DNA from: an uncultured Mycoplasmatota bacterium
GTDB taxonomy: Bacteria > Bacillota_I > Bacilli_A > RF39 > UBA660
Assembly (NCBI GenBank): GCA_947574255.1
Contig: CANPJT010000004.1
Coordinates: 1-50,389 of the forward strand
DNA length: 50,389 nt
Reading direction: 5' to 3'
The translations under genes were made by a program, and so were the position numbers. The notes beneath the pieces are model-generated. The model saw only the letters and a list, made by a program, of their open reading frames with translations, did not search any database and was not told the DNA's origin. Position 1 is the stretch's first letter. Each line of letters starts with the position of its first letter. This document shows, piece after piece, positions 28,763 through 38,078 of this stretch.

Positions 28763-28885
28763 CTATGTTTCTGCAAAAGTAATAGTAATACCTTCTAAAT
28801 TTGCGCTTTTATAAATATTATCAATTAATTTTCTTTTAGCGAAGAATATATTATCTTCTTTAGCCATATTATATTTATTTTTCAT
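28763..28885 (-). pseudogene. 5' fragment of a Fic-family protein
   Basis: RBS GAGGAG; MKNKYNMAKEDNIFFAKRKLIDNIYKSANLEGITITFAET*, with the SxxxEG inhibitory-helix motif of class II Fic proteins; no catalytic HPFxxGNGR follows. Confidence 0.7.
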
Positions 28886-28887
28886 TG

Positions 28888-29448
28888 TTAAACTCCTCTT
28901 GCATTCAATTTATCAATTAATCTTTTGTGAACTGGTCGTATAAAATCAACAATGTTATCTCCTGTTGCTTCTTCAAATGTAATCCATTTAACACCTTTGC
29001 TTTCATCTTCTCTAAATACTAATGCTTCCTTATCATCCGCCTCTAATAAATAAACTACATCTAAATGTGTATGAGCTGGTATATATTTTCCTCTTTTTAT
29101 ATGACCGACAATAGGAGAAGCAGAAATTGCAAAAATAGAATTATCTAATACCTTTGTTTTTAAACCTGTTTCTTCTTCAACTTCACGAATAGCAACAGAC
29201 AATAGATTTTCTTCACCATCAGCATGTCCTCCAGGAAAAATCCAAGCATCATATATATTATGATATACAACAAGCATTTTTGTTCTATCTTTATTTACTA
29301 CAAATGCAGAAGAAGCAAAATGTCCAAATTCATTTTCTCTAGTTAATACATCTTGAAATGTATCAATCCATTTTAATATATATTCTTTAATCTTTTCTTC
29401 AGTTTCATCGAAAGGAACATAATTTTTTATTTGTTCTCTTAAATTCAT
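28888..29448 (-). CDS. Nudix hydrolase
   Basis: GHFASSAFV, WIFPGGHADGEENLLSVAIREVEEETGL Nudix box, HLDV. Confidence 0.92.
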   Translation of the reverse strand: MNLREQIKNYVPFDETEEKIKEYILKWIDTFQDVLTRENEFGHFASSAFVVNKDRTKMLVVYHNIYDAWIFPGGHADGEENLLSVAIREVEEETGLKTKVLDNSIFAISASPIVGHIKRGKYIPAHTHLDVVYLLEADDKEALVFREDESKGVKWITFEEATGDNIVDFIRPVHKRLIDKLNARGV

Positions 29449-29849
29449 TATTTTTCCTCCCTATAAAGTTTTATCCATCCAAGTTTTAACCATAAATCGA
29501 TTTCTTCGTAACACCCAACCTCATGACTTGGTATTTTAAAAATTATTAGTTCAATATCTTTATTATAAATTAATTTTTGTGATAATCCAAAAAGCAATTC
29601 AGCATATGCTTCATAACCAATATATCCAACTATGCCATTCTTATCTTCATTCATTAAAAACAACATATCAGTTTTAGTAATATTTTCTAAAAATTCAGTA
29701 TGTATATTTGGATATAATTCCATAAATTTTGATTCTTCGATTGCTCTTGGATAATCTAATATTTCATAATCCTTACTTTCAAAAATTTTTAACCATTTAT
29801 TTACCTCTTTTTGAAGTTTAGCACTTCCCGCAATTACTACTTTCTTCAT
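29448..29849 (-). CDS. Hypothetical protein with nucleoside 2-deoxyribosyltransferase-like fold
   Basis: VVIAGS start, ITKTDMLFLMN, GYIGYEAYAEL (cf. G..S.E); RBS AGGAG before MKKVV. Confidence 0.55.
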   Translation of the reverse strand: MKKVVIAGSAKLQKEVNKWLKIFESKDYEILDYPRAIEESKFMELYPNIHTEFLENITKTDMLFLMNEDKNGIVGYIGYEAYAELLFGLSQKLIYNKDIELIIFKIPSHEVGCYEEIDLWLKLGWIKLYREEK

Positions 29850-29859
29850 CAAAAATCTC

Positions 29860-30249
29860 CTATTGTAATTCAAGTATCTTCTTTACATTATCTTCAACAT
29901 TTCCAACTAATTGAGTAATTTTTGGCAATTCATAAAAAGCAACAGTATTTTCAATACTAAATTCTTCTTCAGTAGTAGAACATAAAAATATTTTTTTATT
30001 TAGTGCCAAAGCCATTCCTAATTCAATATGTGCACCTCTTCCTCCTGGTAATAACATAATGACAACATCTGCATCAGCAACACCTTGTGATTCTAAGCTT
30101 GCATATTTTATCATATTATCTCTAGATATATCATCACTTATATTTTTGACCCAATTATAAGTTTGTTCCCAACCATTATCATTTAAAACTTTTGCATAAT
30201 CATTTACTAATTCGCAATTTTTCATCCCTGAACCAATATAAAATTTCAT
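29860..30249 (-). CDS. Nucleoside 2-deoxyribosyltransferase / nucleotide N-glycosidase family protein
   Basis: KFYIGS, ESQGVADADVVI, GGRGAHIELGMALALNKKI with catalytic Glu. Confidence 0.8.
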   Translation of the reverse strand: MKFYIGSGMKNCELVNDYAKVLNDNGWEQTYNWVKNISDDISRDNMIKYASLESQGVADADVVIMLLPGGRGAHIELGMALALNKKIFLCSTTEEEFSIENTVAFYELPKITQLVGNVEDNVKKILELQ

Positions 30250-30328
30250 TATAATACCTCCATTTAACTTTTTTCATCATAACATATTTTATTTTAAAAT
30301 AACATAAAAATTGATAGCTTCATGCTCT

Positions 30329-32530
30329 CTAATTTCTTTTTAATCTTAGCGTATTTAATATTACAGTAATACTACTTAAAACCATAGATAAACTAGCTAG
30401 CATCGGATTTATAGAAATTCCAATCGATTTTAATAACCCTGCTGCAATAGGAATCATTAGTATATTATAAAAGAAAGCTAAAAATAAATTTTGTTTAATA
30501 ATCTTAACTGTTCTTTTACTTATATCAATTAAATTTATAATATTATTTAAATTATTATTTGTTAAAATCACATCTGCTGAATTTTTAGCAATGTCTGTAC
30601 CACTATTTACACTAATTCCTATATCAGATAAAGCAAGCGCTGGAGAATCATTAATTCCGTCCCCACACATCATAACAAAGCGCTTTTCTTTTTTTAACTT
30701 TTTAATTATATCAGCTTTATCTTTTGGTATAACATTAGCTATTACTTTTCTTATACCAACTTTTTCTCCAATTCTTTTAGCAGTTTCCTCGTTATCACCT
30801 GTTAATATAATTGGCTCTATTTTTATTTTTATTAACTGACTAATAACTTCACTTGCTTCCTTTATTGGTATATCACTTATTCCAAAAAGAGCTACTATTT
30901 CTTTATTTTTTACCATATATACAATACTATTACCATTTTGTGCCAATAACTTTTCTTTTTCTAAATATTGATTTTTTATCTTTCTCTTTTCTAAAAATTT
31001 CTTATTTCCAAGTAAAATTTCATTATTATCTACTAATCCTTGAATGCCTAAACCAGAATAGTTTTTAAAATTCTTAACATTTAATAATTTCATTTTATTT
31101 TCTTCTATAAATGTTTTAAATGCAGTAGCAATTGGATGCGTTGCTTCTTTTTCCATACTCGCTGCAATCTGAATTAAATCAAAATCTTTTAAATTACTAA
31201 AATTAAATATTTGAGAAATTTTTAATTTACCATAAGTTAAAGTTCCTGTTTTATCAAAGACAATTGTATCTATTTTACCTGCATTTTCTAAAACTTCACT
31301 GCTTTTAATTAATATACCTTGAGAGGCACATAACCCTTCACTCACAATGATTGCAAGAGGTGTAGCTAGCCCTAAACTACAAGGACATGCTACAACTAAA
31401 ATAGTAATAAATGAAGTAAAAGCTTCTTTAAAAGAAAATCCGATTAGGACATATACAATAAATGTTAAAAGAGCAATAATCATTATACTAGGAACAAAAT
31501 AACCCGATACTTTATCTGCTATTGATGCAAGGGGTGCTTTGGTATTTGTAGCATCAATTACCAACTTGACTATTTCAGAGATTGTAGAATCTTTACCTAT
31601 TTTTTCCGCTCTATATTCTAACAAACCATCATAATTAATACTACCTGCTACCACTTTATCCCCAACATGTTTTTCAACTGGTAAACTTTCTCCTGTAATA
31701 AAAGACTCATCTAAATAAGCATTACCAGCTATTATTTCTCCATCAACAGCAATTCTTTCTCCAGATCTCGCGACTAAAATATTTCCTACTTTAATTTCAT
31801 CAATAGTTATTTTTTTAATACCTTCTCCAACTTTTAAATTAGCCATACTAGGCGTAATGCTTACTAATTTTTGTAAAGCTTCTTTAGTCTTATTTTTACT
31901 TTGATAATCAATATATCTTCCTAATTTAACAAAATAGATTACCATTGCAGAAGATTCAAAGTATAAATTCATAACTAGCTCTTTATGTCCAATTAATATT
32001 AAATAAGTATTATATAAACTATATAATAAACTAGCAATTACGCCGATACTTACTAATGTATCCATATTAGGTGTTTTATGAATTAAATTTTTATAACCAT
32101 TTTTTAAAATACCAAAACCATAAATCAAAAAACAAATTGTAATCAAAAATAAGCTAGAAACATAATTTACTGGATTTAGATGAGGATTAAAAAAATGGAT
32201 TATCGGTAAATGAATCATATGCCCCATTGATATATACATAAGAATTAAAGTCAAAATTGTCATAATCATCAAATTTATTTTTTCTTTATAATTAGAATTT
32301 TCTATTTTAATTTCTTTAAATTCTCCTAGACTCTTAAAACCTGCAGCTTGAATATATTTTTCAATTTGTTCTAAATTTACTTTTTCTTCATCGTAAACAA
32401 TAGTTGCATTAGCAAGTACTAAATTAACAAAAATATCTTCAATTCCATTTTGTTTTTTTAAGTATTTTTCTAAACCATTTGAGCAAGCAGAACAAGTCAT
32501 TCCTGCAATTTCTAAAATAATTTTTTGCAT
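30329..32530 (-). CDS. copA: Copper-translocating P1B-type ATPase
   Basis: GMTCSAC, ITGES, ACPC, DKTGT, HP, GDGIND, YN and M..SS Cu(I) signatures. Confidence 0.95.
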   Translation of the reverse strand: MQKIILEIAGMTCSACSNGLEKYLKKQNGIEDIFVNLVLANATIVYDEEKVNLEQIEKYIQAAGFKSLGEFKEIKIENSNYKEKINLMIMTILTLILMYISMGHMIHLPIIHFFNPHLNPVNYVSSLFLITICFLIYGFGILKNGYKNLIHKTPNMDTLVSIGVIASLLYSLYNTYLILIGHKELVMNLYFESSAMVIYFVKLGRYIDYQSKNKTKEALQKLVSITPSMANLKVGEGIKKITIDEIKVGNILVARSGERIAVDGEIIAGNAYLDESFITGESLPVEKHVGDKVVAGSINYDGLLEYRAEKIGKDSTISEIVKLVIDATNTKAPLASIADKVSGYFVPSIMIIALLTFIVYVLIGFSFKEAFTSFITILVVACPCSLGLATPLAIIVSEGLCASQGILIKSSEVLENAGKIDTIVFDKTGTLTYGKLKISQIFNFSNLKDFDLIQIAASMEKEATHPIATAFKTFIEENKMKLLNVKNFKNYSGLGIQGLVDNNEILLGNKKFLEKRKIKNQYLEKEKLLAQNGNSIVYMVKNKEIVALFGISDIPIKEASEVISQLIKIKIEPIILTGDNEETAKRIGEKVGIRKVIANVIPKDKADIIKKLKKEKRFVMMCGDGINDSPALALSDIGISVNSGTDIAKNSADVILTNNNLNNIINLIDISKRTVKIIKQNLFLAFFYNILMIPIAAGLLKSIGISINPMLASLSMVLSSITVILNTLRLKRN

Positions 32531-32541
32531 TGATAACTATC

Positions 32542-32742
32542 CTAAATAATGTTATACCCTATATCTTCAAGTTTTTCTTTAATTAAATTAACAGATATTT
32601 CTTTATTTAAAGTTACAATCACTAACCCTGTTTTGTAATCTGCAGATACTTCTTCTACTTCTTGAATGTTTTGTAAAACATTTTGAATTCTATTCTCACA
32701 TGCTTTACAAGCCATCCCCTCAACTTTTATTTCGAATTTCAT
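32542..32742 (-). CDS. copZ: Heavy-metal-associated (HMA) chaperone
   Basis: VEGMACKAC...IGY; start at MKFEIK. Confidence 0.85.
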   Translation of the reverse strand: MKFEIKVEGMACKACENRIQNVLQNIQEVEEVSADYKTGLVIVTLNKEISVNLIKEKLEDIGYNII

Positions 32743-32755
32743 AAAAAACCTTCTT

Positions 32756-33676
32756 TCATTCATTACTCTCTTTTAATAAATTTATGGTGTCTTTAATAAC
32801 TTCAATTGATTTTGTTAATTTTTTTGTTTCTTCTTCATTTAAGGGAATAAAAATTTTCTCTTGTACTCCATGACTATTTACAATTGCTGGTGTTGAAATA
32901 CAAACATCATTTTCATTATCATAACTTGATACTGGCAAAATAATATTTTTGTCTTCTAAAATGGCACTCGTAATTCTAACTAAGCACATACCTATTCCAT
33001 AGTAAGTTGCACCTTTCTTTTTGATAATTTCATAAGCAGAGTCCCTAACATCATCTTCTATTTTCTTCATTTCATCGTGATTTAAAAATTCGTTTATATT
33101 TGTTAAAGCGATATTAGCATTACTCCAAGCAACAAATTCAGAGTCGCCGTGTTCCCCTATCACAAATGCTTGGATGTCTTTAGGACAAACTTTTAAATTT
33201 TCACTAATTAAGTATTTTAAACGTGCTGTATCTAAAGTTGTACCTGATCCAATTACTTTGTTTGGCTCTAAATCAGAATATTTTAGTGTTAAATAAGTCA
33301 TAACATCTAAAGGGTTTGTTGCAACTAAAAAAATGCCTTTAAAATTATTTATCATAACATTTGTAATAATTGATTTAAAAATTCGACTATTTTTATGAAT
33401 AAGATCTAATCTAGTTTCTCCAGGATTTTGATTGCTTCCTGCCGCTATTACAACTATCCTAGCATCATTACAATCATTATAATCTCCCACTCTAATATTT
33501 ACTTTAGATGGACTATAAGCAAGACAATGATTTAAATCCATTGCTTCCCCAATAATTCTTTCATTATCAATATCAATAAGAATAAGCTCATCTACATAAG
33601 TATGTTGATTAAGTAATGCATAGGCATAACTCATTCCAACATTTCCACAACCTATTAAAACAACTTTATTTTTCAT
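32756..33676 (-). CDS. ldh: L-lactate dehydrogenase
   Basis: GCGNVG, AGSNQNPGETRLDL (LDH-specific Gln), ATNP, GTTLDTAR, GEHGDS, KGATYYGI. Confidence 0.93.
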   Translation of the reverse strand: MKNKVVLIGCGNVGMSYAYALLNQHTYVDELILIDIDNERIIGEAMDLNHCLAYSPSKVNIRVGDYNDCNDARIVVIAAGSNQNPGETRLDLIHKNSRIFKSIITNVMINNFKGIFLVATNPLDVMTYLTLKYSDLEPNKVIGSGTTLDTARLKYLISENLKVCPKDIQAFVIGEHGDSEFVAWSNANIALTNINEFLNHDEMKKIEDDVRDSAYEIIKKKGATYYGIGMCLVRITSAILEDKNIILPVSSYDNENDVCISTPAIVNSHGVQEKIFIPLNEEETKKLTKSIEVIKDTINLLKESNE

Positions 33677-33787
33677 ATTTTACCTCACTATAAATAGTAT
33701 ATCACAAAAAACTAAATCTAACTCAAATCATTTTGAAATATAAAAAGCAGATTTAACATTTAATCTACTTTGCAAAATTTAATTAAC

Positions 33788-34342
33788 TTATCTAAGAGAT
33801 ACAATTGAACATTTGCCTTTCAAGCTATCAGAAAAAGTTGCTCTAAAAGTTTGGCCATCTTTTACCCACATATACATTTTAGAAGTAGAGGATTTAGATT
33901 CTAGATGTCCTTCAATTCCACCAAATTTTTCAACCATTTCTTCATAAGTATAAGTTGTTCCATTTTTTAAATCATTTTGAATATCATAGCAAATTGATAT
34001 TTTAAAATCATCATTGTTTAATTTTTCTTTATCCATAGTAGCTGTAATATTTCCTAAACCATCTTTGTATTCTATTACTATTTTTGTTTTATCTGTTAAT
34101 TGCCAAGTATATGTTTCAATCTCATCTTTTTTCTCCCCTTCGAAACCGATAATTTCATTTACTTCTTCAACATTCATTTTTGGCTCAATAAGGTTAATGC
34201 ACTCCTCAGCTTCACAGTTACCTTTTGATTTTTCTTGTACTTCGTCTTTTACTATATCATTTTCGTTTTGTTTAGTACAACCAGTAGTAATTCCTAAAAC
34301 CAAAATGCCCCCTAAAAAAATAGTTAATAATCTTTTTTTCAT
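33788..34342 (-). CDS. Lipoprotein with two BLIP/DUF3862-like repeats
   Basis: Lipobox ITTGC; repeats EEVNEIIGFEG..YTW and EEMVEKFGGIEG..YMW. Confidence 0.65.
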   Translation of the reverse strand: MKKRLLTIFLGGILVLGITTGCTKQNENDIVKDEVQEKSKGNCEAEECINLIEPKMNVEEVNEIIGFEGEKKDEIETYTWQLTDKTKIVIEYKDGLGNITATMDKEKLNNDDFKISICYDIQNDLKNGTTYTYEEMVEKFGGIEGHLESKSSTSKMYMWVKDGQTFRATFSDSLKGKCSIVSLR

Positions 34343-34409
34343 TCATAATCCTCTCTTTCAATATATAACTATTTACTTATTTAATTATACCACATTTAAC
34401 AAAATGCTT

Positions 34410-36362
34410 TTATCTTTTAGATTTTACAATATCTTTTATCATTAAAGCAGTTTTTTTGGGACCTAAAGTATCAACATTAATTGCTAAGTCATAATTAGCA
34501 AAATTACGCCAGTTTCTATTTGTATAATATTTATAATGTTTTTCTCTTTGTTTATCAATTTTTGAAATCATGCTAAAAGCTTCATTTTTTTTAATATTAT
34601 AATATTTTGTTGCTCTTTTAATTTTATTGTCCATATCACTATAAAAAAATATTTTATAAACATTTTTATTATCTTTTAAAACATAATCAGCACATCTACC
34701 AACTATCACTCCAGATTTCTTAGCAATATTTTTAATAATTTTAGATTCTGCAACAAATATTTCATCATCACTATTATATTCTCCATTTATTGTACTTTTC
34801 TTTTGTTCATTTTTCTCAATATAATTTTTAGTAAATCCTGATTCTTGAGCTGCTAGACTAATTATTTCTTTATCATAAAAAGGGATATCTAACTCTTTTG
34901 ATAGTAACTTTCCAACATATCTTCCACCAGATGCATATTCACGATTTATTGTAATTACCATACCTTTTTTATTTTGAATGTTTATCTTTTCTATAGTTTC
35001 TTTTGTATTGTCATTTGTTCCTAATTTTTTATATTCTGACAAAAATATAAAAATAATAATGACAAAACATAAACAATCCGCAATAGGTCCTGCATATAAA
35101 ATTCCTTTCAAACCAAAATAATGAGATAATAATAAAGCAAGAGGAATAAATAGTAAAATTTGTCTAATAAAAGTACATGCTGCGGCTTTTTTAGCATTTC
35201 CAAGAGATTGAATCACAATGCTTGTTGTCATTTCAAATGAATTCACAAAATTAATCATTAAAAATGTCCGAAATAGCATAATTGAAAATTCAATATATAA
35301 TGGATTATCTCCACTTCCAAAAATTGAAACTAATTGCATTGGAAAAATTAAATAAATTAAATTAAAAACAATTCCAATAATAATATTAATAAAATATATT
35401 TTCTTTAAAGCTTCTTTAACGCGTTCTTTATTACCTGCTCCATAATTAAAACCGATAATAGGTTGGGCCCCAATAGAAACTCCTAAAATAGATGAGATTA
35501 ATAAAGTATTGACTTTAGACATAATACCATATGCAGATAATGGAATATCTTCTCCAAATTTCGTCAAAGCTCCATATTTTGTTAAAACATTATTCATAAA
35601 TACAAATAGTACTAAAACTGTAATTTGAGTAATAAATGAAGATACACCATAAAGCATTACTTTAAAAATTGATTTGTTTATTTTATAGTCTTTTAATTTT
35701 AATTCAAAATTTTTAAATTTTCTTAAATAAAGTAAAGCTAATATAGCCGAGATATATTGGCCAATTATAGTTGCTAAAGCCCCTCCTTCAACTCCCCATT
35801 TAAAAATAAGAATAAATAAATAATCTAAAATAATATTTATAATTGCTCCTATACATAAGAAAAACATGGAATATTGTGGAGATCCATCTGCCCGAATTAC
35901 TGAAGATAATGTTGTATATATAATTAACGCAGGAGCACCACATACAATAATTTTTCCATAACTTAAAGCATATTTATATACATTTGGAGTACAACCAAAA
36001 AGGTTAATTATTTGAGGTAAGAAAATATATATAATCATTGAAACAATAATCGATATGATTATTGAAAAAGTGACTGTTGAACCAACTGATTTAGAGGCTT
36101 CTTCTCTCTTTCCTTCTCCCAAACGTAAACTAATATTAGCGGCACAACCATTTCCAAGAAGTCCTGCAATTGCTCCAAATAAAAGCACTAAGGGGAATAT
36201 AACATTGGTTGCTCCATTCCCTAAAAGTCCTACTCCTTGACCAATAAATATTTGATCAACAATGTTATATATTGAATTTATAAGCATACTAATAACACAT
36301 GGAATAGAAAATATCAATAATAATTTAGTTATTTTTTCTTTGCCTAATTCTGTTTTTTTCAT
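34410..36362 (-). CDS. MATE efflux transporter (MepA-like) fused to cytidylate-kinase-like domain
   Basis: YNIVDQIFIG, NIILD, GAALAT, QPIIGFNYGA; C-terminal ITINREYASGGR, VGRCADYVL, YDL; start at MKKTELG. Confidence 0.9.
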   Translation of the reverse strand: MKKTELGKEKITKLLLIFSIPCVISMLINSIYNIVDQIFIGQGVGLLGNGATNVIFPLVLLFGAIAGLLGNGCAANISLRLGEGKREEASKSVGSTVTFSIIISIIVSMIIYIFLPQIINLFGCTPNVYKYALSYGKIIVCGAPALIIYTTLSSVIRADGSPQYSMFFLCIGAIINIILDYLFILIFKWGVEGGALATIIGQYISAILALLYLRKFKNFELKLKDYKINKSIFKVMLYGVSSFITQITVLVLFVFMNNVLTKYGALTKFGEDIPLSAYGIMSKVNTLLISSILGVSIGAQPIIGFNYGAGNKERVKEALKKIYFINIIIGIVFNLIYLIFPMQLVSIFGSGDNPLYIEFSIMLFRTFLMINFVNSFEMTTSIVIQSLGNAKKAAACTFIRQILLFIPLALLLSHYFGLKGILYAGPIADCLCFVIIIFIFLSEYKKLGTNDNTKETIEKINIQNKKGMVITINREYASGGRYVGKLLSKELDIPFYDKEIISLAAQESGFTKNYIEKNEQKKSTINGEYNSDDEIFVAESKIIKNIAKKSGVIVGRCADYVLKDNKNVYKIFFYSDMDNKIKRATKYYNIKKNEAFSMISKIDKQREKHYKYYTNRNWRNFANYDLAINVDTLGPKKTALMIKDIVKSKR

Positions 36363-36381
36363 TATTAAACCTACCTTTGCC

Positions 36382-36477
36382 CACAAAAAAGCACATCTCT
36401 TGGTTTTTGAGTTGTGCGTTATCATAATTTTCAAATTATGTTCGTTTCCATCAAAAATAAAATTTAGCTTTTTTGTG
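36382..36477 (-). promoter_or_regulatory. Structured 5' leader with terminator-like hairpin (candidate attenuator)
   Basis: GCACAACUC/GAGAUGUGC + U6 just before the RBS; CACAAAAAAGC/GCUUUUUUGUG 11-bp long-range pairing; CAUAAUU/AAUUAUG hairpin. Confidence 0.55.
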
Positions 36478-36483
36478 TAATAA

Positions 36484-36512
36484 ATTTTAACAAATCTAAA
36501 AAAATAAATCAA
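36484..36512 (-). promoter_or_regulatory. sigA-type promoter of MATE leader
   Basis: TTGATT-17 nt-TAAAAT with TG extension. Confidence 0.6.
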
Positions 36513-36568
36513 TAATTTTTTTATTATTTTTTCATTAATACATTGATTCTTTGTAATAAACAGAGTAA

Positions 36569-37825
36569 TTATTTATTTTCTAAAATATAAGCATTACTAG
36601 GATTTATAGCTGCTGCCTTTGTATAAATAATCCAGTCGGTTATATCCTCTATTGAATACCACGCTTCATAACCTGTATGAATATCTGGAATATCATAAGG
36701 CTCTTGGGTTAACTTTGCTTTAAACTTATCACCTTTAATATCAAGTAATTCAAACCAAATATGTTCAAATTTTCCATCTTCTTTTAAAGGCAACCCTATT
36801 TTAATTAAAATAGAATTTTCGCTATTATTAAAACTCCTTAAAACATACGAAAATCTTTCTTTAGCTAATTCTCTCATTCTATTTGTTTCTTCATCACTAA
36901 AGAAAAACAACGGATTCTCTCCCCATAATTCATCATAAATTGAAACTTTATTTAAAGTACCATTTATTTCATCTTCTTCACTTGTATATAAGAAAACTAT
37001 ACTAGTTTTAGTATTGTGTCCTTCTTTTCGATCATTTATGCCTCCAAGTTTTAGTTTCTTATACTCTAATATTCCTTCTGGCCAAGGTATACAAGTTACA
37101 ACAACAGGATTATTATTAATTAAAAGACCTATATAAGCACCATTGCGTATTGGGTCAAAGTCTTCTTTTTTATCAAGTAAATACATTGCATAAGTCACAA
37201 GTAAATTATAATGTTGACTACAATGTTCTTTGTCAGAATCCAATATCTCTAATTCAGTTATTCCACATCTACAAAGTCCATGGGTATGTAACCACATTTT
37301 ATTTTTTTCGCCATTTATAGCTTGAATATTAAATAAATCTTTAGAACTTGGCAATATTTTAGAAGAAGCTATCATTTTAACCCATTTAGCTGGCAACATT
37401 TTTTCAGCACTTTCATCCATAATTCCAATTAAATCAGGAACTAAAGCAACAGCAAGTTTTAATTGAAAATGAAATGATTTTTTAATAGAATTACCAAATT
37501 TCATAAATATTACTAGAGCCTTTTGAGCACTTAAAATATCTTTTTTTTCTTCCTCGTTAAACAAAAAATTTTGAGATAAATAATAATCTGGCACAGAAAT
37601 CTTACCTAAATAAATTCCAACTTCATATTCAAAATTTTCATAAAAAATTTTTAAATTTATAACACCATTTATATTATAACTTGTTTCGTTTATTTTAAAT
37701 TCTTTATTAACAGATAATTTTTCTAAAATTTTTTTTAAATCATTTTCTTCTTCTTTAAAAATTACCCTCATATAAGATTTTTCTTCCCAATACTCAAATG
37801 GTTGTTGTATTAATTTCTTTTTCAT
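36569..37825 (-). CDS. DUF4026/DUF2314-like protein
   Basis: WLHTHGLCRCG..ELEIL, EHIWFEL, LTQEPY, ITDW motifs. Confidence 0.75.
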   Translation of the reverse strand: MKKKLIQQPFEYWEEKSYMRVIFKEEENDLKKILEKLSVNKEFKINETSYNINGVINLKIFYENFEYEVGIYLGKISVPDYYLSQNFLFNEEEKKDILSAQKALVIFMKFGNSIKKSFHFQLKLAVALVPDLIGIMDESAEKMLPAKWVKMIASSKILPSSKDLFNIQAINGEKNKMWLHTHGLCRCGITELEILDSDKEHCSQHYNLLVTYAMYLLDKKEDFDPIRNGAYIGLLINNNPVVVTCIPWPEGILEYKKLKLGGINDRKEGHNTKTSIVFLYTSEEDEINGTLNKVSIYDELWGENPLFFFSDEETNRMRELAKERFSYVLRSFNNSENSILIKIGLPLKEDGKFEHIWFELLDIKGDKFKAKLTQEPYDIPDIHTGYEAWYSIEDITDWIIYTKAAAINPSNAYILENK

Positions 37826-38078
37826 TATCTTACTTCGCTTTCATATTTAATTACTTTTTAAAACATTTATCTTTTCTTTCATAAGATTATTATGTATAAA
37901 AAAGATAAATAGATTATTAGTTTTATTTTTGGCACTTCTAATCTTTTAAAAGCAAAATTTTTAAATATTTTCCTATTTGTTCTATTATAAAAATACCAAA
38001 TTTTATTTTTCTTAAACATTTAAATCAATATTTTTTCCTAATTTAAAATTAATAATTATTTCTTTCGTTATCCTATAT

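Noticed and set aside
33677-33720. Rex operator upstream of ldh
   Set aside because: Only one half-site (TTGTGA) present, and it coincides with an extended -10 (TG-A-TATACT)
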